A stretch of 47,869 bases of DNA, counting the filler, from Jimgerdemannia flammicorona (taxonomy: Eukaryota), in the NCBI GenBank assembly GCA_003990765.1. It is 2 parts of 2 records of this genome, joined end to end, with 100 filler letters (N's around TTAATTAATTAA, not from the genome) between each part and the next. Parts side by side here need not be neighbours in the genome. Positions count along the whole stretch, not along the records: positions 1 to 23,885 come from RBNJ01001048.1; positions 23,986 to 47,869 come from RBNJ01001049.1. One strand, given 5' to 3'. The notes below the pieces were generated by a model. It was not told where the DNA came from and ran no database searches. It worked only from the letters and a program-made list of their open reading frames with translations. Both the position numbers and the translations under genes were made by a program. Below, piece after piece: positions 12,331 through 24,535 of the stretch. Each line of letters opens with the position of its first letter. The stretch's first letter is position 1.

Positions 12331-13420
12331 GTGACTGCTCAATACAAACTTCAAAACAAACTTTTGAACTATTTATTGAAGAGAGATACTAAGATTATGG
12401 CAACTAATAAGCAAGCTGACATATGTACTAGATTGGGTGGAACTGGAGCCTTCAACTGGTAATATATCAGATGAGGATATAGACTAGAGATGGGGTCTTT
12501 TGGGGGTCTGAGTGGGCAGGACAGTTCAGATAGTAGTAGTGACACTAGAGGAGGGATGAGAGGGCAGAGAGAGAGGAGCTTTGCTGATATGCTGAAGACT
12601 GGAAGATGATCTGTTAGAGCTTATGGCTGACAAGCAGAGGGAAAGAGAAAGCAGAGGGAAGGAGAAACAAGAGGTACAGCTCCTAAGCTGATAGGGGGAA
12701 GGACTAGTGGAGTAGATACTAAGAGTAGGGGGGGGACTGCTGATGGTAGTATGACTGGGAATCTGGAAAAAAATCCAGATGTGACTGCTGATAGCAGGGC
12801 TGGACTATTGGGACCAAAGAGGAAGGGATACCTGGCTGATGATGTGATAGGGCTGATAGTGGCACCATTGCTCAAGAAGTCAATCTTGAAGTTTGCTGTA
12901 ACCTTGTATTTCCAGGGCTTAGCAGTGATAGTAAGAATGGTTCTGGGGCTTATCTCTAAGTAGATGGCTGGGGCTGCCTTGGTGAAGTTCCTGAAGGGTC
13001 TGAAGATAGTTGAGGTGGGCTTTGAGGAGGTAGGCCCACTGGAAGAAGCATTGAAGGTAAGAGTAGCTATAGGGGAAGTAGTAGTCTCTATGATACACTA
13101 TCTAAGGTAGGACCCCAGAGTAGTTTAGCTGCTAGTAAAGAGGATATCTACTATGACAAAGGTTGAGACTAGGAGAAAGGTGATGACAGAGTATGGTAAT
13201 GTAGTTAATATTGGATTCCAGATGTAGGAGGAGACTACCTTCAGAATAGAGAATATTGATGTTAGAATTAGACTGACTGAGAGAGAGGCTATTGAGAAGA
13301 CAAGTGACTGGCTTTCAGTACTGATGTGGGGGGCCTTTATCTGTAAGATATCAAGGGTGAAGGAGAGTGAGGAGGAGGAGAAGGATCTGTTGGAGGCTCT
13401 GGAAGAGATGAGTGGAGTAG

Positions 13421-13567
13421 GCAGATAGAGATAGTGTTTGATAAAGTAGTCTTTCATCGAGAGAAGTGGGAGAGGGGGGGCCCCCTAGGGGGATCAGATA
13501 GGGATGGATACTGTGTATTATATAGAGGTTAGATGGGTGTATTAATAAAAGATGAAGTCTGAGTGAC

Positions 13568-13649
<82 letters not shown>
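13421..13649 (+). mobile_element. 5'-truncated LINE insertion (3' end plus poly-A)
   Basis: AATAAA followed by gtctgagtgactat(A)n from 13571, like the 3' end at 19573-19619. TSD (aa)gagatgagtggagtag at 13403-13420 and 13648-13665. Confidence 0.88.
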
Positions 13650-13652
<3 letters not shown>

Positions 13653-13977
13653 ATGAGTGGAGTAGTTGAGCAGAGGGTAAAGACCTAGAAGATGTATGTA
13701 GAGTTGATGCATTTGGAGATTGTGGATGGGAAACATCTCTGCACTGACAAGAGGTAGTGAGAGAGAACTCAGGGATACAAGAGGCAGAGAGAGTTGTTGG
13801 CAAGCCGGACTTCTTTTACTCAAACCATTCAGAGTGAGCTAAGCCACATGGACAACCTTTTGCAAAAAGCAACACATTTTCAAGTTTTCACTTCGTTCAA
13901 ACTGGTGTGCAAGGTGCAGCAGAAGTCTGGCAACAATTCACAGCAAGTTTCATCAAAATCTGTCAAGTTTCAGTGGT

Positions 13978-15833
13978 ATGGCGACCCAAGGCTCATCAAG
14001 CTCGGAGCACCTAGAGAGGAGGAGGCCTGGCCTGGGCCTCCCCAAGAGTTTTGCAGCAGCAGCTGGTCAAGGAGGGGTGGGGGGCAAACAGGAGGTCGTA
14101 GATCAGTGGCAGGACTGGGTGGATGGCACACAGTGATGGGGAGTAAGTGAGCAGCTGCTAGGCCTACAGTTGGAGGGCAGCAGGGGTATAGTGTTGATAG
14201 GGGTGGATGTCAGGTGACTGGTCAGCTGACTGGCCAGGGACCCAGCAGGGGTCAGGGGTCTGGGGTGTGATGGCTGGGACTGGCTTTCCTGGGGCTGGGC
14301 CAGTGGCTGGAGGTGAGACTACTGGTGGTGCAGTAGCTCCTAGCGAGATGGTGGCTGGTGTATCTGATAGCAAGAACAAGGCAACTCTGACAGTAGGAAC
14401 TGGAGAGCTAGTGGTACAACCATTCTTCTATAAGTCAGTGTCGTCATGGGCAGTCTCCACCAACTCCTTGGGCCTTGGTCTGTCAGCCAAGGAAGTTCTA
14501 TGGCTGGTGGGTGAGGAGGTTGCAGGGGCTGAGTCACTGAGGTTTATCCCCTCGGCGGAGGCAGTTGAGGTCAGATTCGTTGAGGAGGAGGCCATGGTGA
14601 AGGCCTTGGAGAAGGGGTTGATGGTCAAGAATGTTAAGGTGGGGATGGCGAGGTGCCTGAGATGGGACCTGCATGCAGTGAGGTTGGTGGTGGAAGGTCT
14701 GCTGATGCTGAGCAGGCAGGAGACTAAGATAGTGATCGCCAAGGCTCTGGAAGGCTTTGGCAAGATGGTGGATTTCGGATTTATGTTTTGAGAGGGCACC
14801 AAGTTGAGGAATGGTAATTGTGAGGCAATGGTGCGGCTGGAGGGGAAGGAGACAACAGGCCTGGGGTGAGACTATTCGTATTGGGGAGCAGGATTGCTGG
14901 GTCTGGAGGAGGAAAGGATCCAAGCAGGAAGAGGAGGAGCTGCTGATAGCCCTCGAGGAGCATGATGAGGCAAAGGCTTTGTGGAAAAGGAAATGGGAGG
15001 AATTTGCTAAGGATTGGATCTGGATTGAGATGGATGGCAAGAGGAAGCATTGGCATAGGGCGAACTGGGAGTGGCTGCAGACAGTGCTGCAAGTATCTGA
15101 GGAGGAGGAGGTTAAAAGGGTAGCATCTGATAGGAATCATATGGAAGGGGTGGAGGTGGCAGAGGTGTCCTTCTTGCAGTTGGGGGGAGTGGAGGAATCT
15201 GCACATACACCTGTGACAGAGAAGTGGGCAGGTGGTGAAGAAGAGCGAGGAGAAGGATTTGAAGAAAATGTGGAGGTGATTCCCGAAACTCTGATGGAAG
15301 ACACAGTGATGACTAGGTTGGTGAATGTATACTGGAAATGTCCAGAAGCCAGGGAGGTAGTGAGGTTGGATAAGATCTCTGAAGAGGATGAGCTGGTGGA
15401 TGTCACTTCAGATGTTTCGGCGGACAGAGAGCTGCTTCAGGAGCTTTGCCAGACTCCCAGGCCTGCGACTCCAGGGCCAATGGCAATGGTGGCGGATGGT
15501 TGGTTCCAGGCAGTTCTGGAGGAGCTGGCAGAGGATGACATTAAGGAAGTGGATGTGTTTCAGGGTTCCCCAGAGGTGTGGGAAGGATTTCTCAAGGTGG
15601 TACTGCAGGGGCCGAAGCTTGTGACTGCAATGGTGGCAGCCCTTCTAGAGGATGAAGGGTATGAGGTAGATGATGACCGAATGGCAGATATCCATAAGGT
15701 GGCATCCGAGTGAGTGGACTTCTTCTGCAGCAGTGTTAATGGTGAAAGAATTTGGCAAGCAGTCTGTGAGGAGTATCGAGACATCATTAAGGGCCGAGCT
15801 GAGAAGGTGGCAGCGGTGGTGGCTGATATCTAA
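13978..15833 (+). pseudogene. LINE ORF1 (gag-like), interrupted
   Basis: ATG at 13978 and an SFAAAA motif. Pieces 14207..14791 and 14811..15713 are separated by stops or frameshifts. It lies directly upstream of ORF2. Confidence 0.75.
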
Positions 15834-15847
15834 ACTCCAAATTTTCC

Positions 15848-18800
15848 ATGATGAAGTATGACCTATAAATTCTGTCTATCAATGTCAATGGCTTGCGAGA
15901 TGGTGTGAAGCAGCAGCATCTCTTTCAATGGTTGAAGGTCCGGAGATATGATGTGGTATTTCTTCAAGATATTCGAACTTATAGGGAGGAGGACTATGAG
16001 TTGTGGAGTCAGAAATGGTTTGGGAATACAGGGTGGAGTAAGCAAGTTGGTATTCTGGTTGGAGTTGGGAAGGGGGAGTTAGTTGATATAGAATGTTTTG
16101 GTGATCATTTGGTGTGGGGAAGGCTGAAGAGAGGGAAAGGAGATGGACTCTTGGTAGACTCTGTATATCTGCCAGCAGTTGGCAGAGAGTGAAAGCAATG
16201 GGTAGAGGAGTGGTTGGCTTGGGAGAATTGGGCGACTCTATGGTTGGACATTTTGGGGGGTGACTTTAACATGGTTAGGGACTGTGCACTAGATCAGTCT
16301 GATGGCGGGGCTGGGGTAGCGGTCTCTCTGGGGCTGTCTCAGTGGCTTCAGATAGAGAAGGGCATGGAGTTGGTGAATGGTGTATGATTGAGGGCAGGAG
16401 ATGGGTCAGGCCCCTTTACCAGGTGGCACTCTATAGACAATGAGATGGTTGGTATGCAGATTGACTGGGTGTTGGTAGCTGAACATTGGGGTAATGTTTT
16501 CAATATGGTAGAGGTACGGTGGTGCCCAAGGTCAGACCATTGGAGAGTGGAGGTGAGTGAGAGATTCCAGGCTATTAATGGGGGAGGCGGGTGCTGGCAT
16601 CTCAATGTAGCTTTGCTCCAGCATCCAGCAGAACAAGAGTGATTCGTACATATGGCCTGACAAGATGTAGAGCGATGGGTGGCTGGTGGTCTATCTATTG
16701 CAGATTGGTGGGACAGATTCAAACACCTTGTGGGTATATATTGGAGAGACACTGGAGAAGTGGTAGGAAAGGAGCAAAAGAACAAGGAAAGGAGAGTTGA
16801 AAGGGGTCTGTGGTGGTGGCTGAAGCTATTGGAGGATGGTGCACTGACAGAAAAAAGGAAGGGTCAACTCACTAGAGAAGTATTTGACTTATAGGCAACT
16901 TTGAGGGAGGTTGAGAATAGAGTAGTGGATGGGCTCCTGGTGTATCTAAGGGCTAGGCAACTGGAAGAGGGTGAAAGACTGACTAAGTACTTATCTGGTG
17001 TCTTGAAGGCAAGAAATGTTTGATACAGCTGGTCTTCAGTTTTGCAAGAAGATGGTGTTGAGGTCACTGATGTAGCAGATATGTTGGAGGAGATCTCAGG
17101 ACAATGGTGGACCCTTTGGAGCGATGATAATATGGGAGAGGGTGTTGGAGTAGGGGATGTTGTGGAGGCACCTCTAGTACATGACTGGTCAGTGGTGTCA
17201 CTACTGGAGATTGGAGCTTCAGTATTCGGCAGAGTATCTTTGGAGGAGGTGTTGGAGGTTTTGCAGAAGGCACTGAGTGGTTCTTTACCAGGAGAGGATG
17301 GTCTCCCTTGGGAATTTTGGAAGGAGTTTCAGGTGGAATTTGGAGCTTGGCTTGTTGAAATGGTTAATTTTGTACTGGAAGAAGGATGGTGGATTGAGAA
17401 TGGAAGTTTGGGTCTGGTGTCTTTGCTGTATAAGGAGAAAGGTGACAGGAGGGAGTGGCGTAATTGGCAGCCAATCATGCTACTAAATGTCGACAGAAAG
17501 CTAGTCTCCAAAATCTTAGTGGGAAGATTGCAACAGTGGGTTGGAAGATTGGTAGAGGAGGAGCATAGGGGCTTTGTGAAGGGTCAGCAGATTAGGGACA
17601 GTACTGCCTGGGTGTAAAATGTTTTGGAAGGCTGTAGGAGTAGACAGATCGATGGGAGGATGGTCTTTTTGGATCAAGAGAAGGCCTATGATAGGGTATG
17701 GTAGTGTTACCTAGAAGCAGTACTCCAGAAAGTTGGATTCAAACTGGGAGAGGTTGGATGGTTGATGGGGCTGGTGGAAGGATGTCAAGGGGCAGTACTG
17801 ATGAATGGCTGGAGCAGTCCAGAGTTTGCCTTGAGAAGAGGGGTTCCACAAGGGGACCCTCTTTCTCCGCTTCTTTATATCCTCTCACTAGAACCAGTGC
17901 TGGCCTGCCTGAGAGGATGGCTGAATGGACTGTATATGGGTGAGGTAGTTTGGAAGCTGGGGGCCTTTGCAGATGACATAGTGGTAGGGCTCAGCAGCGT
18001 GGAGGATGTGGACACTTTAAGGGAAGGAATAGAACAGTATGAGGGGTTGGCGGGTACAAAGTTGAACTGGGGGAAGTGTGAAACCTTAGAGCTTGGTGCA
18101 GGCTTAGGGGTAGCAGGGCTGGGACAAGTGGTGCCTAAGAGAGAGGCAGTCCGGTACTTAGGGATATGGTTTTTAGTGTTTGGGACTGTTCTGCCAAAGG
18201 AGTGGTGGAATTCCATAGTACAAAAATGGGAAGGTGTGCTGACAGGCTGGGCTGGTCGAAACTTTTCTCTAGCAGGAAGAGTGGTGGTCCTGAATGTGTA
18301 CTGGCTGCCAAAGCTGTGGTACCTGGGTTATCACCTTGATTTCCCTGGTTGAGTGGTACAGCATCTCAAGAAGGCTATTGAAGAGTGGCTCTGGAAGAGT
18401 AGATGGCCACAGATTGGATGGGAGGCATTGGTGCTACCAATTCCTGATAGTGGTTTGGGGTTGGTGGACTTTCGGCAAAGGTTGAAGGCACTTAGGGGCT
18501 GGTGGGGTTGCCGACTAGTGGAGTTAGGAGAAGAGAGCTGGGGCAGATTAGCAATAGACAATTGGGAGATCAGGTTCTGCCCCCAGAGTGCAGAGAGGAA
18601 GAATCTGTGAGGGTTACTTCAGGTTGGATCTGTGGGGAGAATGTGGTTCAAAGGGTTCTGGTGGGGCATTGTTGAGGCCTGGCTTACGATAGGCCTGATG
18701 GGGCCTGAGGTGGAGGCAATAGAGGAGGGGGCAGACTCTGAACAGCAGTGGTGGTGACTTGGGTTACTTAGGGTAGGAGGGAAGGAGCTGAAGGACTATT

Positions 18801-19468
18801 CTCTGGTTGAGGTGATGGAATGGGCCAGGTTGGGCCCTCTTGAGTGGTGGCCAGTAGGATGGCAGACAGCTGGTATTGGTGAGATGTGGGAATGGGGTAG
18901 AATTTGGGGATGGGCCACTACTTTGAATAAGGTGGTACCCCCTCAGTATTGGGTAGTTTGGTGGAGATTCCTGAGAAGAAATGTCATGTTGAACTATCGG
19001 ACAGAATGGATGGTGGTTGATGGATGCAGAGATTGTGAATGGTGTGCAGAGATCTCTAGAGAAGTGGTTCAGACTCCAGAGCATGTCATAGAGGCCTGCC
19101 CAGGGGTGGAGGGCTATTGGCAGATACTAGAGGAGCATTGGGGCTCTGATCAAAGGAGGCTGGGAGAGTCAGTTAGTGTCATCATCTGGAGGAGACTGGT
19201 GGGAGATGTTGGGGACATTTGGGGAGGTGTTGGGTGGATTTTAGGAGTGTGGGTCTTAATGGCAGTATACTGGTGATGGGTCTTTGAAGGCGAATGTTGG
19301 ATGGGTATTAGGGACTTGGTTGAGCAGTGGCGTTGGCTAGTGTGGGAAGTAGTACAGGGTTAGTGGTACCAGGGGAGGCAACAGAAGTTGGGGGCAGTAA
19401 AGAAAATACAAGATATTATAGTGGGGAGTCAGGGTCATTTGATATTAGGTGAGGGTGGGGTGCAGTAG
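15848..19468 (+). pseudogene. LINE ORF2: APE endonuclease, reverse transcriptase and C-terminal Cys/His motif, with multiple nonsense changes
   Basis: APE motifs SINVNGL, VVFLQD, GGDFN, IDWVLV and SDH. RT motifs PGEDG, WQPIMLLNVDRK, LDQEKAYDRV, GVPQGDPLSPLLY, FADD and YLGI. C-terminal CEWC...TPEHVIEAC. Confidence 0.95.
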
Positions 19469-19819
19469 AAAATTGGGATGGGTTGATTGAACTTGTAGGT
19501 TTATTTCACCCAGATAGTACAAGATAGGATGTTGGCAGGTTATCTTTGTGGTTAATTCATATAGACTAGTGGAATAAAGGAGTCCAAGTAACTATAAAAA
19601 AAAAAAAAAAAAAAAAAAAGAGTTGTTGGCAAGCCTGAAAGAAAGGGCAAAGAAGAATACTAGTGGTATTGAGGAGTCTGGGGGTGCCAAAGTAAGTGTC
19701 TGGACCAGTAAGAGGGGAGGGGATATTGAGGAGAATCAGGATGGAGCTAGGAAGCTACTGTATAATAACTGATATATGGATGATACATTTGAAGTCTGGG
19801 AACAGAACTTGGATGACAC

Positions 19820-22800
19820 TATAATAGAATGAATAAATGAGTGAACAGATAAGACACACCAAGTGATCACATGATCTGGCAATGATATCATCATATGATC
19901 AAGTGTGACATACAAATAAACAATACAAAATGATGTGAAAAATGATATCCAGCTTATCTCTGACAATCAGCACCACAGAAACTGTTACTATAGTAGCTGA
20001 TCATTGTCTAGTAATTGAGGTCCTGATCACAAAGTTGTTTTTACCAAAAACTACCTGACAAAGGTCATGATCACAAACCTCACTATAGTTACCAAATTAG
20101 TCACTCATACTTAGACAGAAATTGCAGACCAACTTGTATAAATACCCCCCAGTTTTAATTCAGTCCTTGATACAAGAATCAAGTCCCCCCTCTATACATA
20201 CATTTCCCTGAGTTTTAGTAATGATATATAAGTGACTCTAGTGTTTCTGACTAAACTCCAGAAGCCTAGCTAACTTCTGCCAGAACTGAGACCAGTATAT
20301 AAATCTCCAAAGACTTAAGTAAACCCCATTGAACCTGAATTCCAAGGTAAATTCAGTCTGTACACAGCAAAGAACAAGACTCTTGAAAGATAGAGCAAAA
20401 GAGAAAGACCTTTGAAACAGAAGGCACTGCTACTATAATTACTTTAAGTGAGTACTTCCTCAAACTAAAGGCTTCTTGGTACATATTGTATACTGAGTCC
20501 CTAAGTAATAGTCTTACTTCTCTAATTATCCAAAAGAATAAGAGAGAGATAGAAGTGAGAGTTATTACAACTTGATAGCAGCAGATTACCAGTCAAGAAG
20601 ATACCAAAAATATACTCCTGAAGTTAGAACAAGACTAACCTTGGACAGGAGTAATCCCCAGAACCAACTGTAGAACCCCAAACCAGAGCCAGAGAAGCCC
20701 TTGTCATTAGGACCAGGTGGTATCAAGAAACCACTGACCCAGGGACCCACCAGCTTGTAATTGACCAGGTTTACAAGGATCTATATCAGGTCTTTAGAAA
20801 TTACCACCTAGGACTTAGGAATATAGTCAGCCACCATAGGTTCTACAAATTTCTCTGTAGATACATTGGAACCACTAGGACTTCAGAATCTACTGCTGTA
20901 GCCATCCAGGATTTTTTAGATTATATCTTACCCCCTGCTGCAAGAGAAGTAGCTGCTGAGTAAATTACCTCTGACAGATATCATCATACCCCCACCAAGA
21001 CCTAACTCTACTACAGGCTAGTTGTATACTATTCCTCTGTTATAACTAGATATAAGAATGAATAAGTAGGCCACCCATCCCCTACTACTGAGCAAGAAGC
21101 AGGCCCATCTACTCAGCCAGAAACTAATATCCTCTTTGAAGGACCTAGTTAGTATAAGGACACACTATCTCATCAGGAAAGGGAGTCAGATGAAGAGTCT
21201 ATAGATTATCAGTCTGACAATAGCCAACTAGGAATAGCAGGCCTAGGAATTTACCAAGGAACTACTGGTCAAGAAGATCAGACTTCAGAACCAACCCAAC
21301 CACCTATACAGAGGTTTGGTTTACCCTCTCTCACAGGACTCTTTGATCTGATATTTGGGAATCAAGTAACTTCAAGTCATACAGCACCATAACCTCATCA
21401 GGTAGAACAATCTTCAGAAGAATCTACCCCCACAGGACCACCACCAATAGTCAATATAATGATAGATACCAACATTGTAGCACTGACTACCCAGCTAGCA
21501 GCACTAGCAGAGATAGTAGGACAGATTGCTGAACAGAACAAACCAACCAAGACCTTACAAATCCTAACATTCAGTGGAAAAAACAGTGATATTGAAAACT
21601 TCATCAATGTAGTTGACATAGGCTACCAAGCAAACCAATGGAATGATAACTAAGTGTCTATAGGAATGCTCACCAACAACCAGAACAATATTCTCCAACA
21701 GCTGTTTTCTACATCAGCAGCACAAGTAGAAAGAGTAGCCACATTTTTCACTGGAACAGTAGCTGAATTCTGGCAAACCTTGGAACAGCACCCAGTAATC
21801 TGAGAAGACTGCCCTCAAGTCAATGGACAAGCACCTGCCAACAATAGACCAGGTTGAGATAACTATGAAGCAGGTCCAGGACTCAAGGCCCTGCTACTGA
21901 CCAAATTCCAAAATGCAGCCTACATAAGAAACTTGGAATAAACTGTCACAGATGAAGTTCCACAAGAATGGTGAGGAAGATCTAGAGACCTTTGCCACCA
22001 GAATGGATGTCTACCTCAAAACTGTTAGACTTACCTATCAGAAGAACAATTTGGCCATCAATGGTACCAGAGCTAATCATCTCTTTGCAGCCCTACCAGA
22101 CTGACTCACCCAGAAGATTAAGGAACAAGGTCTTCTCCAAGGATATCCCCACTACTCATGGTGTTTTGCCCAAGTACAAAGAAGAGCCCATGAAATCCTT
22201 ACTATACAGGCTCCACAAAATCAAGAACACAAGAAGGATAACTAAGATAGGAGGAATCCCACCAGGAGAAATGACCAAAGAAATGATCAAAAGAATGATC
22301 AAAGGAACCAGTAAAACCTCAGAGGACCCAGACCTCCTACTGAGGATGAAAAGAAGTAGCTCCATGAAAAGGGATTGTGCTTCATCTGCAAGAAGGCAGG
22401 ACACATCTCATTCAAATGTCCTGAGAAGAGAAACAGATTAGGCAAACCCAGTAACCAGAACATTACTGTTATTGGAGAAGGTCTAGAGAAGAAGAACCCT
22501 GAGAATGTTATCAAAGTATAGAAGATATGGTACAAGACTACTATCCCCACTAAGGCCTACCCAACTGATACTGGATATGATCTCTATAGCAGCCAGGACC
22601 TCACTATTCCACCAAGTACCAATGCTATAGTGCAAACAGAGATTGCAATGCAAGCTCTCAGAGGTACATACATCTGTCTTGCTGAGTGAAGCAGCCTAGC
22701 CAAAGAGTTCAACATTGGACTAGAAGGAGGAGTAGTTGACTAAGGATTTACTGGTGAAATCTGTGTTATCTTGCAAAATTTTGGAGACACATCATTTGAA

Positions 22801-23870
22801 GTCAAAGCAGATCAAAGAATTGCCCAAGCAATTATTGAAGAAATCTGTCAAGATCTCACCATTGATGAAGTCCCCAAGCTCTCTCAGACAGACTGTGGCA
22901 AGAAAGGGTTTGGATCAACCAACAAACCTCTCAGTCAAAAGGTCACAACTATGAAGGAAGATGATGAAAGCTGGTATAAGAGAATTGCAGATGGTTATGC
23001 ACCATGTGGATGATGCCCTCATTCTATTTGAATGTACTATATGAAATATGTTAGTGAATGACATGAATGCCTCTTCAAGATTTTCAAAATCAACTCTGAA
23101 AGAAACTAAGCCCAACAGACTGAGAAACCCAAACAAGACAACTCTCCTTGTAAAGGATGGGGAGAAACTGACTTCGAGGAGACTGACAGTAATTGGGACA
23201 ATTATGAGGATGAAGAGCTCAACACTATCAAGAAGGAGGACAGTTGTATCAAGTTCACAGACCAAGTCCATAGACAGAATGTCAATGTCTTACTTGATAG
23301 TGGTGCTACTGGAAACTATATCAGCACTAAGACTGCCAAGAGGATTAGAGCCCAAAGCAGACCAGTCACTGAGAAAAGAAGTGTTATCTTTGGTGATGGC
23401 AAGACTATACCACTGACCAAGATCTGTGAAGACCTCTTGCTCAAAATTGGCAAATATCAAGAGAAGTTGGACTTCAGTATTGTAGACCTCTCAGGACAAG
23501 ACATTATCCTAGGAAAAGCCTAATTGACCCAACATAACCCAGATATCAACTGGAGGACTAATGAGGTTAACCTGACTCATGAAGGCAGACAGATCACCCT
23601 GACACCCCAGGAAGGTACCAATCATCAAGGAATCAAAATCATCTCTGTCATCTAAATGAAGAAACTCTTTCAAAAAAAGGGAAACACCTACTTCATCTGC
23701 ACTATACAAGAAGTCACTGAAGCTACAAGTAGCCCAATTCCAACAAAAGCTCAAGAACTATTTGAGGAGTTCCAGGATGTATTTCAGGACCCCAAGGACT
23801 CCCACCCAAGTGCCAAATCTAATATAGAATTGATCTCATTTCAGGATCTGAATCTCCATACAAGAGTATC
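19820..23870 (+). mobile_element. Ty3/gypsy copy 2 (5' LTR 19820-20569, gag, dUTPase ~22505-22925, protease), cut at the contig end
   Basis: Colinear reverse complement of ~2790-6887. Motifs CFICKKAGHISFKC, PTDTGYDLYS, GGVVD, QRIAQAII, KGFGST and LLDSGATGNYIS. Confidence 0.93.
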
Positions 23871-23885
23871 TTTTTTTTTTTTTTT

Positions 23886-23985
23886 NNNNNNNNNNNNNNN
23901 NNNNNNNNNNNNNNNNNNNNNNNNNNNNNTTAATTAATTAANNNNNNNNNNNNNNNNNNNNNNNNNNNNNNNNNNNNNNNNNNNN
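23886..23985. other. Artificial contig-joining spacer: N44 + TTAATTAATTAA + N44
   Basis: Exactly 100 nt and symmetric, with a core 12-mer that has stop codons in all six frames. Confidence 0.95.
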
Positions 23986-24147
23986 AAACCGAACCGAACT
24001 TTATGTTTCTGGTGCAGCTTTCGAGAAAAAAAAAAAAAAAACAAGTCGCCAGTTTTCAACCGCGGTTTTTTGTCCGTTTTTTCCGTGCAGTCCTGTTCCT
24101 CTCCCAGGTTCTTCGGTTTGCGGTTTGATTTCGGTTTTAGAACACTA
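23986..24147 (-). mobile_element. Probable hAT-like DNA transposon terminus
   Basis: Reverse complement begins TAGTGTTCTAAAACCG and carries repeated AACCG motifs. It abuts sequence homologous to the BTB-SPRY upstream regions (ttcttcgctaaggaatagtgc). Confidence 0.5.
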
Positions 24148-24535
24148 TATACACCGTTCTTCGCTAAGGAATAGTGCCCCACCCGCCTTTTTGGACGGTT
24201 TCCATCCGCAGATGTCATCGAACTATTCCATTGAGCCTGGTTGTATCAAATTCGGACTCGCGTCGCCGGAAAACTCTCAATTGTTTGTTTTTTTTTTTTT
24301 TTAAAAAAAAGCATGGAATTTGTGGTATATACATGAAAATTAAGAGTTTTTGTGCGTTGGTCAGCGGTTTCTAGTATTTTTTTTTAGGCACTATTATCGC
24401 AATATTTTAAGAGCAGGTGATTGAGAACGCACAAATGGAAACTAGAATCTGAATCACTTATTGATAAGTAAAAATAACATGGAGATAATAAAATACATAC
24501 AAATTTATACAATACGTGTCAATCAAGAGGCAATA

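Larger units (their letters stand above)
13807..19619 (+). mobile_element. Full-length (~5.8 kb) L1/Tx1-clade non-LTR retrotransposon, inactivated
   Basis: TSD gagttgttggcaagcc at 13791-13806 and 19620-19635, 5'UTR, ORF1, ORF2, AATAAA and poly-A at 19596-19619. Confidence 0.95.
12335..19819 (+). mobile_element. Host LINE (5'UTR plus decayed ORF1) split into 12335-13420, 13650-13806 and 19620-19819 by later insertions
   Basis: ATG at ~12397. Its ORF1 aligns with the full-length LINE ORF1 (VAPLLKKSILKFAVT vs VQPFFYKSVSSWAVS; EEEEKDLLEALEE vs EEEELLIALEE). The reading frame continues across the first insertion once one TSD copy is removed. Confidence 0.75.

Noticed and set aside
12335..13649. 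Apparent ORF1-only (HAL1-like) non-autonomous LINE ending in poly-A
   Set aside because: The poly-A belongs to a separate 5'-truncated insertion bounded by its own TSD (13403-13420 / 13648-13665), and the host ORF1 continues after it.
2790..23870. 4-kb inverted repeat suggesting a giant TIR element or palindrome
   Set aside because: It consists of two independent, diverged copies of the same LTR retrotransposon in opposite orientation.
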